DNA of 44,370 nt from a virus (Duplodnaviria; Caudoviricetes). The stretch spans positions 1 through 44,370 of the IMG/VR virus record IMGVR_UViG_3300016466_000283; one strand, 5' to 3'. The notes below the pieces were generated by a model. The model worked only from the letters and a program-made list of their open reading frames with translations, was not told the DNA's origin and did no database searches. Below, one piece after another: positions 18,713 to 27,473 of the stretch. The position numbers and the translations under genes were made by a program. Position 1 is the stretch's first letter. The number at the start of each line of letters is the position of its first letter.

Positions 18713-19122
18713 ACGATATAAAATTTGATTTAAAATATAACCATATTTGTAAAGTATTAGACTTGCCCTTTGAACAACCAATAAAGTTTGAATATCCTAG
18801 AAAACAAATGACTGATGCACAACTATCTATTAATTGCTATGCTTTTGTACAAGACTCAGTAGAACTTATTACTAAAGAATTAGCTAAACACTTAGAAAAA
18901 ATAGATTATATTAAAAACATAGAGGTAGTAGGTGGATATATAAATTTAACTATAGAGTCAGATTATTTAATATTTTTATTAGCAATACAAGAAATGGAGT
19001 TTGAAAGTAATTATGCTTTTCCAATACCTAGTCTACAGGTATGGAGAAGTATAAGATGGGAGTATCCTAAAAGGAAATTTACTTCTGACGAGTTAAAAAG
19101 ATTAATTAGAAAAATAATATGA
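18709..19122 (+). CDS. Protein resembling the arginyl-tRNA synthetase N-terminal domain
   Basis: FEYP..ELAKHL..IKNIEVVGGYINLTI resembles the IEKVEVAGPGFINF signature. Confidence 0.45.
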   Translation: MNDIKFDLKYNHICKVLDLPFEQPIKFEYPRKQMTDAQLSINCYAFVQDSVELITKELAKHLEKIDYIKNIEVVGGYINLTIESDYLIFLLAIQEMEFESNYAFPIPSLQVWRSIRWEYPKRKFTSDELKRLIRKII

Positions 19123-19391
19123 ACTTCAAAATGAAGCCACGAACTAAACGATTGAAACTGAATAAAGCTCAGAGAAATATAATGTATTATGTACTCAAAC
19201 CTCATCAGATAGAGATATTAAAACTTAAGATGAAGGGACATACATATAAAGAAATAGCAGATATGAAAGGAATTACAACAAGTGGAATGTATAGATTTAT
19301 AACTAGAGCAGTAAAGACTATTAATAAATCTTACTTAAGGTATAATATGAGTAAGAAAAAAAGAACTCCTAAAGATAAAAAAGATATATAA
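19119..19391 (+). CDS. HTH protein (sigma70 region 4/LuxR-like)
   Basis: L.PHQIEILKLKMKGHTYKEIADMKGIT. Confidence 0.75.
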   Translation: MNFKMKPRTKRLKLNKAQRNIMYYVLKPHQIEILKLKMKGHTYKEIADMKGITTSGMYRFITRAVKTINKSYLRYNMSKKKRTPKDKKDI

Positions 19392-19399
19392 CAATATAT

Positions 19400-19882
19400 A
19401 TGAAAGTATGTTTTAAATGTAAAGTTTTAAAGGAATTAGAAGAGTTTTATAAACAATCCAGAATGGCTGATGGGTATTTTAATAAATGCAAAGAGTGCTT
19501 TAAATTAGAACATAAAGAAAGGTACCATAAAAACCGTAAAGATTATATATTATATTACAAAGATAGAGCAAAAAATCGCTATCAGACTATATTCCTAAAT
19601 AGATATAGTAATATGAAAAGTATAACTTTAGGAAGTAATAGAAGATATAAAATTAATAGTAAAGAATTAGCTTCTAAAAGTTCTTTTTTAGATTGGTGTT
19701 GGGAAGAAACAAATTTTAATAAGTTTGAAAAGTTATATTTTGAGTGGATAAAATCTAATTATAAATATAATTTATGCCCATCTATAAGAAGAATTGATAC
19801 TAGCAAGGGTTACATATTAAACAATATAGAGTGGGTTGTTAGAAAGGAAGTATCAAAGAAAAAATATGAAGACTCTAATTAA
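19400..19882 (+). CDS. Zn-ribbon/HNH-like endonuclease-related protein
   Basis: MKVCFKC..CKEC; PSI.RID.SKGY..NNIEW. Confidence 0.65.
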   Translation: MKVCFKCKVLKELEEFYKQSRMADGYFNKCKECFKLEHKERYHKNRKDYILYYKDRAKNRYQTIFLNRYSNMKSITLGSNRRYKINSKELASKSSFLDWCWEETNFNKFEKLYFEWIKSNYKYNLCPSIRRIDTSKGYILNNIEWVVRKEVSKKKYEDSN

Positions 19883-19958
19883 ATTAATAGGAACAATTTG
19901 CATATTTCCTTTTATGATGATATTATTTATATACTACTTATTATTTATTAAAGAATAA
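19866..19958 (+). CDS. 30-aa membrane peptide
   Basis: Hand translation MKTLIKLIGTICIFPFMMILFIYYLLFIKE*. Confidence 0.5.
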   Translation: MKTLIKLIGTICIFPFMMILFIYYLLFIKE

Positions 19959-19962
19959 CACT

Positions 19963-20406
19963 ATGTCAGACACTTCTACTGAAAATTACCTTACAACAGC
20001 AGAAAACTTACAGGCACTTATAGACAGATGGGGTAAAGGAAATGTAATAAAACACCTTAAAACTAATCACAAGCAAGTTCAAGGAGTATTAGATGGAACA
20101 AAAAAAAGACTTACTCAAAAGTTTATAGATAAGATAGATAACTTTTATTTAGAAACATTTGAAGTAGAGCAAGTTTTAGATAAAGCTATTCTAGTAGCTG
20201 ATGAAGATATAAATAAATCAAGTGATGAAATATTTAAAAAGTATATTAAAAAAGCTGAAGATAAAATAAATAATTTTTATGCTAAAGAAGGATTCCAACA
20301 AAAAATAATAAAGCTACAAAAAAGAATAGACAGACTATGGACTGTAATATTCTTCTTATGTATGTTGCTAGTAATATTCTCAGGAATGGTAATAAATCTA
20401 GCATAA
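19963..20406 (+). CDS. Hypothetical protein with C-terminal membrane anchor
   Basis: 147 aa ending LWTVIFFLCMLLVIFSGMVINLA. Confidence 0.7.
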   Translation: MSDTSTENYLTTAENLQALIDRWGKGNVIKHLKTNHKQVQGVLDGTKKRLTQKFIDKIDNFYLETFEVEQVLDKAILVADEDINKSSDEIFKKYIKKAEDKINNFYAKEGFQQKIIKLQKRIDRLWTVIFFLCMLLVIFSGMVINLA

Positions 20407-20430
20407 GGTATATAAATGTATACTTAAAAT

Positions 20431-20458
20431 AAAAAGAGGGCTGTAATAGCCCTTTTTT
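20431..20458. terminator. Bidirectional terminator between convergent operons
   Basis: aaaaagagggct-gtaat-agccctttttt. Confidence 0.85.
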
Positions 20459-20475
20459 AAGTTATAATTATAAGT

Positions 20476-21795
20476 TTATTTCTTATATATAACCTCAAAT
20501 GTTTTAGGTGGTTTTATTAACCCTTGAATTATACCAATACTTTCTACAATAGGAACTATTTGCAACACTAATAATAAAAAAGTATTTATATATATATGTA
20601 AATTATTACCAGTCAATTTATAAGATTTTAAATTTACATATAAACCAACATAATATATTGCAAATGAGATACCAGTTATTAGTGATATTGGAATTACTAA
20701 AAGTGTTGGGATAAAAGATTTGCCTACAATAAGAGTTATTATAGTAATAATTGGAATAGTCCAAGATAATGACCAATTTATTAACATAAAACTTAGTATA
20801 TATTTACATTTTAAAGAGATAGTATTATCTAAGATAACTGTTTTAATACCTGTAAACCACCTTTTTCTTTGTTTAATAAGGTCTTGAATAGTATGAGGAG
20901 ACTGTTCTTCTAATACTCCATTAACCCAATTAAACTTAAACTTTTGTTCCATAGCTCTTAATGAAAACTCAGCATCTTCAGTTATAGATTTACCTTTTAA
21001 ATCCCAAGTAATAGTGTCTGATACAATTTTAGGAATCAACATAAATGAACCGTGCATACCAAAAACAGGGGTATTCATATTAGAATATTGAAATCTAAAT
21101 CTACCTAAATCATCACCACTTCTTACAGCATCTATAACTTCAATAGGAATAGTTTTAGATAGTAAATTATTTTGATAACTTGTAATATCTGAATTATAAG
21201 TTATTAACCCTTGACCTATAACATCTTTATTATTAGTTTTAAAGAACTCATTGATACCTAAATACAATTCATAAGTCATTGTAGATTCTTCATCGCAATG
21301 AAAAGTATAGTCTGTTTGAATAAACTGTCTAACATATTCTAATGCTCTGGCTTTATATAAAACATTATTAGAAGTTTTATAGTGTTTAGGAACTAATATA
21401 TAGTTAACATTATCAATCCTATATTTTTTAGGAATTTTAATGTCCGTAACTACAGCATAATTAACTGAATAAAAGTTAGGTTTCTGAGCAATAGAATTTT
21501 TAATTGCTGAATGCAGTGCATTTACATTATTGCCTCTTGATACCCATAATACAGTATACGAGGTTTTAGATGGAGGATATATTTTAGGAGATTGAGGTTT
21601 ACCTTTTATCAACCCTATAAAATTAGACACAGCATATATAAGAGGTGTAATCCATATTAACTGCCCAATCATTAACATATAATCAAGTGTAGAATTAGGA
21701 ATTGCAGGTTCAGTATATTGAATAATTAATATACCAAATATAATCCACATTAATATTGGTATAATAATATGGAGATAGTATGTAGTGTTTTTCAT
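20476..21795 (-). CDS. Membrane GT2 glycosyltransferase, egghead-like
   Basis: KARALEY, HCDEES, GDDLGRFR.QY, GMHGSF, ITED, EQSP..IKQRKRW (QxxRW); multiple TM helices. Confidence 0.85.
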   Translation of the reverse strand: MKNTTYYLHIIIPILMWIIFGILIIQYTEPAIPNSTLDYMLMIGQLIWITPLIYAVSNFIGLIKGKPQSPKIYPPSKTSYTVLWVSRGNNVNALHSAIKNSIAQKPNFYSVNYAVVTDIKIPKKYRIDNVNYILVPKHYKTSNNVLYKARALEYVRQFIQTDYTFHCDEESTMTYELYLGINEFFKTNNKDVIGQGLITYNSDITSYQNNLLSKTIPIEVIDAVRSGDDLGRFRFQYSNMNTPVFGMHGSFMLIPKIVSDTITWDLKGKSITEDAEFSLRAMEQKFKFNWVNGVLEEQSPHTIQDLIKQRKRWFTGIKTVILDNTISLKCKYILSFMLINWSLSWTIPIITIITLIVGKSFIPTLLVIPISLITGISFAIYYVGLYVNLKSYKLTGNNLHIYINTFLLLVLQIVPIVESIGIIQGLIKPPKTFEVIYKK

Positions 21796-21799
21796 AAAG

Positions 21800-22045
21800 T
21801 TATTTTAATATCATCTCTAGCCAATCTTCAAACAGAAGTATCTCATCATCATATTTTTTAGTGATAATAGTCTGTCTGTAGTCTTTATATCTATTGTACC
21901 AAATAAGAGCATTTTGAGTAGAGACAAGGTTTTGTAGTCGTTCTCTGTCTTTTGAATTGTATAGAAGAGCATCATACTCCTCTTGCAATCTATCTAACTC
22001 TTCGCATTTCTGAGTGTACAATTGTTTATAGTTTTCTCTAGCCAT
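21800..22045 (-). CDS. Hypothetical protein
   Basis: 81-aa ORF; start overlapped by AACACTAT. Confidence 0.75.
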   Translation of the reverse strand: MARENYKQLYTQKCEELDRLQEEYDALLYNSKDRERLQNLVSTQNALIWYNRYKDYRQTIITKKYDDEILLFEDWLEMILK

Positions 22046-22055
22046 AGTGTTTTAC

Positions 22056-22622
22056 TTATTTAATTATTGAATAATTTTCATTCAAGAACTGTAATTTATA
22101 TATATCTAATTTTCCTTTATCATTGAATTCTGCATAATAATAAATATATATATCTGGTTGAAATATATGTGCCTTCTCTTCTCCTGCAAACTTTTTAGTT
22201 CCACCATTTCCTCTTCCATATTCATCTCTTTCTATTACAGTATATGTAGTTAAAAAATCAGGAGCAAACTTTGTAAATTTATAATTTTCTATATAATATT
22301 GAATATAAATTTGTTTATCATCTTCTAAAAGTTCTTTTATTTCTGCTATAGCTTCATCTGTAAAATTTGTATATAAAATTCTTTTTATACAACACATTTT
22401 ACTCCAAACTATAGTTTCATTATTACTAATTTCATCTATTTTATTAAATTTATTTATATAATATTTTATGTGGTCTTTTGTATTATCTGATGTAATTATT
22501 ATTTTGGCATATACTGGACTCCAATAATCTTTACAATATTCAGGGGCTGATGAAAAAAAGCGAGCCATAAATCCCAATACATCAAGAGGATAACCGTTTG
22601 TATTCCATATATTCTTTTTCAT
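22056..22622 (-). CDS. Hypothetical protein
   Basis: 188-aa ORF; start overlapped by AACACTAT. Confidence 0.75.
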   Translation of the reverse strand: MKKNIWNTNGYPLDVLGFMARFFSSAPEYCKDYWSPVYAKIIITSDNTKDHIKYYINKFNKIDEISNNETIVWSKMCCIKRILYTNFTDEAIAEIKELLEDDKQIYIQYYIENYKFTKFAPDFLTTYTVIERDEYGRGNGGTKKFAGEEKAHIFQPDIYIYYYAEFNDKGKLDIYKLQFLNENYSIIK

Positions 22623-22631
22623 AGTGTTTTA

Positions 22632-22931
22632 CTTAATTATTATTTATTCCATTTAGATTTACTAGTATTCCAAGCTCTATAAAGTTTAATTTTTTAATAT
22701 TGTAGCAGCAATTAATAATAAACCAATTATTTGAATAATATAGAATATCTTACTAATTATTCTTTTAATTTTATCTTTCCTAGTATATAAATTACCAGTA
22801 TAAGTATAAAATATTGTATTAATTGTATCTATTATTGGGATAATTAATATAATTGTTATAATAAATATTGTTGTCATAGGTTTATCTTAATTATTATTTA
22901 CTCCATTTAGATTTACTAGCATTCCAAGCTC
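22632..22931. repeat. 46-bp direct repeats (22632-22677 and 22886-22931) flanking one gene
   Basis: cttaattattattta(t/c)tccatttagatttactag(t/c)attccaagctc, 2 mismatches. Confidence 0.9.
22686..22877 (-). CDS. Small two-TM membrane protein
   Basis: 63 aa, Ile-rich. Confidence 0.65.
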   Translation of the reverse strand: MTTIFIITIILIIPIIDTINTIFYTYTGNLYTRKDKIKRIISKIFYIIQIIGLLLIAATILKN

Positions 22932-23448
22932 CAATACCTCCTCTGGAGATTTTGAAAGCCATTGCCTCTACATTTGTCCTTGCATCAAACGGGCTTACAT
23001 ATTCTCTACCCATTTGTCTTAATGTACCAGCCCAAGTACCAGCAATGAATTGTCCACAACCTGAAGCACTTGAATTTCTATTCTTTGCATTTGCATTTCC
23101 GCCAGACTCTGCCTTGATAATTCTCCGCATAAGTCCAGCATCCACTCCATACTTTTGAGACATCTCGTCTACATAGGAGTAGCAGTCTCCCCCTGTATTG
23201 TACTCTATTTTAGGAGAAACTGCCTTTCTCGCAAGAGTTTTAGGTTTAGGTATATCTTTTATAACCTCTGCCTTCTTCTCTTCAATAGGAGGGATATTTT
23301 TAGGTACTATGATTGTCTCTGTACTCGCCACACTCTGAATCACTTTATCTGATTCCAGTGTGGTAAGGGATAAATCTCTAGCTATTACTGTATTATTTGC
23401 CTCAATACCAATAGCTATTGTCAGCAGTGCCAGTAGTACGTATTTTTT
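22894..23448 (-). CDS. Lytic transglycosylase (SLT-like) with N-terminal signal/anchor; start uncertain
   Basis: IIKAESGGN, ASGCGQFI..TW, NVEA; frame stays open upstream of GTG 23343 through KKYVLLALLTIAIGIEA to a stop at 23524-23526. Confidence 0.8.
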   Translation of the reverse strand, partial: KKYVLLALLTIAIGIEANNTVIARDLSLTTLESDKVIQSVASTETIIVPKNIPPIEEKKAEVIKDIPKPKTLARKAVSPKIEYNTGGDCYSYVDEMSQKYGVDAGLMRRIIKAESGGNANAKNRNSSASGCGQFIAGTWAGTLRQMGREYVSPFDARTNVEAMAFKISRGGIGAWNASKSKWSK

Positions 23449-23560
23449 ATAATGTGCTTTTGTTCCAGTATAGTGTTGATAAGGTCTGTAAAACTGTTTG
23501 ATATATGTATAATTAATTATAATCTAGTCAGAGACTAGTAACAGTCATAATCAGTGTGAG

Positions 23561-23725
23561 AATATAAAGTTCTCAAGAGAGGAGGCAAGGTTTGACTTGC
23601 AGACGTGGAATTCTTGCCAGTAAACATTATGTGCATTCCCCGACCCACGAATTTTTAGTCGGGATTATTCACCCTGTGCAATATCGGCTCACTGTCCGAC
23701 ACTCCTCTACTGAGAACTCTATATT
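23561..23725 (-). ncRNA. Structured RNA closed by a 24-nt inverted repeat
   Basis: Arms 23561-23584 / 23702-23725; GC-richer interior with hairpins; TGATATAAT on the - strand at 23750-23742. Confidence 0.65.
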
Positions 23726-23757
23726 GTAAATGTACAAGTTTATTATATCATAGGCAT

Positions 23758-24162
23758 TTATTTAATATTTAATAACTCTGGATTCTCGTAAATATTTCCT
23801 ATTATCTCACACTCAGAATTGTGCCAATATAAATTATCGTGTGCCTCAGTTTGCAAATATTTCATTCCTTTTTGCGAAACCCAAAAACAACCTTTTTCTT
23901 CTATTACTTTGCAAAATTCTTTTCCTGTGGCAAAAACACATTCAACAATATCTCCATCAAAAATATCTCTACCCGTTTTATCCTGAAGTCCAGTATATTG
24001 CATAAGCTGGATGTCGTCTATTTTTCGTTGTTCTAGGTGCCAGTCAACGCCTCCATTACCGTCATTTGTTGGTATTGGCACGGCGACCCATGATTTGTTT
24101 TGCCACTGCTCCACCGGGTGCATCCGCTCCCCGTCCCAAGCTCTGAATTTAATCTCTCTCAT
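23758..24162 (-). CDS. YopX family protein
   Basis: MREIKFRAWD..LMQYTGL.DK.G.DIFDGDIV..EIIGNIYENPELL. Confidence 0.95.
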   Translation of the reverse strand: MREIKFRAWDGERMHPVEQWQNKSWVAVPIPTNDGNGGVDWHLEQRKIDDIQLMQYTGLQDKTGRDIFDGDIVECVFATGKEFCKVIEEKGCFWVSQKGMKYLQTEAHDNLYWHNSECEIIGNIYENPELLNIK

Positions 24163-24166
24163 ATGT

Positions 24167-24313
24167 TTAATCTTTATCTTCTAATATTATATCATCTTGT
24201 TTAATTTTGTACTTATCTTTGAGTCTATCTTGAATAAACTTCTGTACTCGCTTCTCTGATTCTATTGCATTCACAAAAATGTTTTGAATTTCTTTTAGCT
24301 CATCTGTATACAT
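24167..24313 (-). CDS. Hypothetical 48-aa protein
   Basis: Hand translation MYTDELKEIQNIFVNAIESEK...EDKD*; fills the gap. Confidence 0.65.
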   Translation of the reverse strand: MYTDELKEIQNIFVNAIESEKRVQKFIQDRLKDKYKIKQDDIILEDKD

Positions 24314-24318
24314 AGTAT

Positions 24319-24501
24319 TTAATCTTTAATTCTAAATTGCTCCCGTAGTGATTCTATAACCTCCATCTTCTCATATATTGTTAATATGTTTGTGCGGTCT
24401 ATAATCTCTTTTGCCCTTGCAAAAGTTATCTCTCTTGAATATATTTTGCTTGCCAAGTGTTTGAATGTTCTCTCTTGCCAATATGTGTCTCTGCTTTCCA
24501 T
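24319..24501 (-). CDS. Hypothetical protein
   Basis: 60-aa ORF; start overlapped by AACACTAT. Confidence 0.7.
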   Translation of the reverse strand: MESRDTYWQERTFKHLASKIYSREITFARAKEIIDRTNILTIYEKMEVIESLREQFRIKD

Positions 24502-24513
24502 AGTGTTTATAAT

Positions 24514-24714
24514 TTAATTTAATAATTCTCCATCCCCCAAGTCTACAATATGCTTATATATAGCATAATAATCATCTGTATACTGGTTGTCATTGTGGTC
24601 TTCTTGCTCTTGCCTCTCTATTTCTGCTTCTGCTTCCTCTATTGTGTTATATATTCCTAATATATCCCCAGTCTCTCTTATTTCTACTGTGTATAATTCT
24701 GCTAATTTTTCCAT
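24514..24714 (-). CDS. Small acidic protein
   Basis: 66-aa ORF. Confidence 0.7.
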   Translation of the reverse strand: MEKLAELYTVEIRETGDILGIYNTIEEAEAEIERQEQEDHNDNQYTDDYYAIYKHIVDLGDGELLN

Positions 24715-24718
24715 ATAT

Positions 24719-24904
24719 TTATAATTTAATCTGATAATAACTCTGATAACTTTGTCTTAACTCATCTGCCATTGCTATACAATGGTCAATCAAGCTTTTG
24801 TCTTTTACCTCGTGCAATTCATAGTAGTATTCTATATCATCAAGAATACAATTTTCTATAAATTCATCCAGTATACTTTGAATTGCTTCTTCTGCTTTGC
24901 TCAT
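24719..24904 (-). CDS. Small acidic protein
   Basis: 61-aa ORF. Confidence 0.7.
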   Translation of the reverse strand: MSKAEEAIQSILDEFIENCILDDIEYYYELHEVKDKSLIDHCIAMADELRQSYQSYYQIKL

Positions 24905-24936
24905 ACCTTTGAATTTAAACTTATACTAATTGATAA

Positions 24937-25107
24937 TTATTTTAATATAGATGGATATATTTCTTTCAATTCCTTTTGTACCTCTTCTAGTTGTCTATAT
25001 AATACCTCTTGATATATGCTAGTCTCTCCTATATTCTGAATTATAGTATTTATATCTAAGAATATTTTGTTTAGTTGTACTTTGTTTAGTTCTTGTAGTG
25101 TTGACAT
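24937..25107 (-). CDS. Hypothetical protein
   Basis: Start moved to ATG 25107 (MSTLQELNK); the ATG at 25158 lies inside a hairpin. Confidence 0.65.
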   Translation of the reverse strand: MSTLQELNKVQLNKIFLDINTIIQNIGETSIYQEVLYRQLEEVQKELKEIYPSILK

Positions 25108-25183
25108 ACTTATAATATTAACTAATAATCCAAACCCCCGCCCCTTGCAATTATGCAAGAGGCTAGAAGTGTTTATAATTTAA

Positions 25184-25363
25184 CTATTTAATATATTCAA
25201 TTTTGATGCATTTTGCCATTAAGTCATTTTCACCATTTCCTAAGTTGAAATATCTATTTAAATAATAGTTTTCTATAGTTTTATTATCACCATTCACGGT
25301 ACTAATAAAATTGACCCCATTGTCAAAATATACTTTTACAGTTTGCCTTTGTAGTGTTTCCAT
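25184..25363 (-). CDS. Hypothetical 59-aa protein
   Basis: Hand translation METLQRQTVKVYFDNG...CIKIEYIK*. Confidence 0.7.
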   Translation of the reverse strand: METLQRQTVKVYFDNGVNFISTVNGDNKTIENYYLNRYFNLGNGENDLMAKCIKIEYIK

Positions 25364-25666
25364 ATGTTTAAAATTTAAAATAATTAATTATTTATTTAGC
25401 CACTCATTAAACCCAAACCTTGTGAAGGTTTTCCTAATGCATAAATCTTTTAGTTTATAACTAGATAGGGTATAAATTCTATAAACAAACCTTTTATTCT
25501 TCCATAGTGTTTTGTGGGCTAATAGTTTACAAATGAATTTTTGCATATATCTAAAATTAAAGTTTTAATAATAATTGTTTTATAGTTTCCTAAAGTTGGT
25601 ATATAAAAGACTCTATCTATAATATAGTTAGTACATTATCTTATAAAGTCTTTTATTTTTTAAATG

Positions 25667-25801
25667 TTAGCTTTGATTCAGTGTATTTTGTAAAAATATT
25701 ATCTTTTTATAGACTAAATCGGCTTTTTTATTGTTGGCATTGTATTTGAAAAATATGCGAAAATACTCTTTTGCAATACTAAGTTTAATATAGTTAATCA
25801 T
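25667..25801 (-). CDS. Hypothetical 44-aa protein
   Basis: Hand translation MINYIKLSIAKEYFRIFF...NQS*. Confidence 0.55.
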   Translation of the reverse strand: MINYIKLSIAKEYFRIFFKYNANNKKADLVYKKIIFLQNTLNQS

Positions 25802-25819
25802 TGTAGTGTTTTTAATTGT

Positions 25820-25978
25820 TTATAAAGTTTTAATTTGTTTTAATTGCTTGATTTCATTGTCAATTTGTTGTTTTAATGTATCCAAGCTACTTGATATTAA
25901 ATAAGGATATTCATTCAGCCAACTATTGGCAATATATAAGTTGTCATTTTTAACAATATCATATTTACGATATTTCAT
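25820..25978 (-). CDS. Hypothetical 52-aa protein, first gene of the leftward operon
   Basis: Hand translation MKYRKYDIVKNDNLYIANSWLNEYP...KTL*. Confidence 0.65.
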   Translation of the reverse strand: MKYRKYDIVKNDNLYIANSWLNEYPYLISSSLDTLKQQIDNEIKQLKQIKTL

Positions 25979-26092
25979 ATGTTGTAGTGTTTAACTTGAT
26001 AATTATTTGCATCGGATAAGAGATTGACAACTGTTGACGGCTACTTTATTACTTATGAGCTCGCGGTCGTTGTTCTCTCTCTCATCTGATAA
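25979..26092 (-). promoter_or_regulatory. Structured 5' leader of the leftward operon carrying both sRNA target sites
   Basis: atcagatgaga..tcttatccgat stem; sites at 25984-25991 and 25997-26018. Confidence 0.55.
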
Positions 26093-26096
26093 TAAT

Positions 26097-26125
26097 AGTA
26101 TAGCATATTTTCTTAAACTTGTCAA
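26097..26125 (-). promoter_or_regulatory. Sigma70-type promoter of the leftward (probably early) operon
   Basis: TTGACA-17 nt-TATACT with extended TG on the - strand. Confidence 0.85.
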
Positions 26126-26132
26126 ATATAAG

Positions 26133-26141
26133 TTATCCACA
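26133..26141 (+). promoter_or_regulatory. Consensus DnaA box
   Basis: TTATCCACA just upstream of the leftward -35. Confidence 0.4.
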
Positions 26142-26410
26142 AAATAGATATAACCTTTTATACAAGCGGTATTATAGCAATTTATACCATAATATTATTT
26201 ATGCAATAGATATAGAATAGACAAGATATATTTATATTTTGCTAGTTTATATTTTAAGGGTACTTTAGTATAGCTTTTGTAAAAAGTCTTGCGAGAGGGG
26301 GCATTTTTTAAGTATTCGCTAGTTTATGCGGTTTGTTTGTTATCAATAGTCTTTTTATTCAATGCAAGGGATATTTTGTTTATTTAGAGGCGGGCGATTC
26401 AATATTAAAA

Positions 26411-26570
26411 GGGGGTACACCTAGGGGGGCGGGGGGTACAAGGGGAGGGGTAGTGGTAGGTTCTACATACAAACAAAAAATAAAAACACAGACATACACA
26501 GAAAAAAAATATTTATACAAAAGAAAAAATAAAATACAAAAACAGAATAAAAAACCAAAACAAAAAAGAC
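26411..26570 (+). other. G-tract cluster followed by an A-rich tract
   Basis: GGGGG-tacaccta-GGGGGG-c-GGGGGG-tacaa-GGGG-a-GGGG, then about 100 nt dominated by A-runs. Confidence 0.8.
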
Positions 26571-26716
26571 AGCGGTGAAGCTATCTCTTTTGCCAATTAT
26601 TAAAACCAAGTATAGGAGATACCACAAACCTTTACTTGTAGATATATTATAGGGTATATGGTATATAATTGCAAGAATAAAAACAAAATGTTAAATTTGT
26701 TATTAATAAGTAATAA

Positions 26717-27262
26717 ATGTTATATATGGGGATGGTGAAGAACAAGTTAAAGGTGAAGGCAGGTAGACCGAAGAAGGGTACTAGGAAGTATAAGGTAAGT
26801 GGTAAGGTAACGGCAGAGAAGGGGTATAAGGCATTACCGCAGGATTGGAAAGAGGTTATATTGGGGATGTATAGTGAGGGGGCAAGTGATATAGAGGTAA
26901 TGAGGCAGATATGGGAGTGGAGGGGTAGTTTTAGTAAGGATTTATGGGAGAGGTGGATAAAGGAGGAGGCAAGTTTTAAGGAGGTAATAAGTACGGGGAA
27001 TGTATTAAGTCAGGCTTGGTGGGAGATGAATGGTAGGAAGAACATAGCGAATAAGGGGTTTAACAGTGTGTTATGGTATATGAATATGAAGAATAGGTTT
27101 GGGTGGGCGGATACGCAGAGTATAGAGCATAAGGGGAGTATAGAGCACGTGGGGGTGGTTAGGTTACCGCACAAGAAGGGGTTAGACTTACCTGAAAACA
27201 GTACTATTTCTGTTAATACAAGTGAACAAACTGTAATAGAGGGTGAATTTACTGAAAAATAG
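26717..27262 (+). CDS. terS: Terminase small subunit
   Basis: GRP, SQAWWE..GR, FNSVLWYMNMKNRFGW motifs; variant late promoter at 26683-26697. Confidence 0.75.
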   Translation: MLYMGMVKNKLKVKAGRPKKGTRKYKVSGKVTAEKGYKALPQDWKEVILGMYSEGASDIEVMRQIWEWRGSFSKDLWERWIKEEASFKEVISTGNVLSQAWWEMNGRKNIANKGFNSVLWYMNMKNRFGWADTQSIEHKGSIEHVGVVRLPHKKGLDLPENSTISVNTSEQTVIEGEFTEK

Positions 27263-27323
27263 GTATGTGTAGTTTAAGCCAAATTATTAAGATTATAACC
27301 TATATAGGATAGAAAAAATAAAT

Positions 27324-27473
27324 ATGTTAACAAGATATAACGAAGAAGAGGTAGAAGAGATGATTAAGGATAGTTATGAGTATTATATGGGTTTGATAGA
27401 GTTGATAGAGTTAAATGGGGTGATAAAGAATGAGATATTAGGTAGGATAATAGAGGAGAGTATAAATGGTTAG
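27324..27473 (+). CDS. Hypothetical 49-aa acidic protein
   Basis: Hand translation MLTRYNEEEVEEMIKDSYEYYMG...ING*. Confidence 0.5.
   Translation: MLTRYNEEEVEEMIKDSYEYYMGLIELIELNGVIKNEILGRIIEESING

Noticed and set aside
21782-25991. AACACTAY repeats as a mini-CRISPR array or alternative Shine-Dalgarno
   Set aside because: Only 8 nt and irregularly spaced; position relative to ATG varies from -13 to +18
26333-26578. 81-aa ORF
   Set aside because: Low-complexity translation of the G- and A-tracts, TTG start
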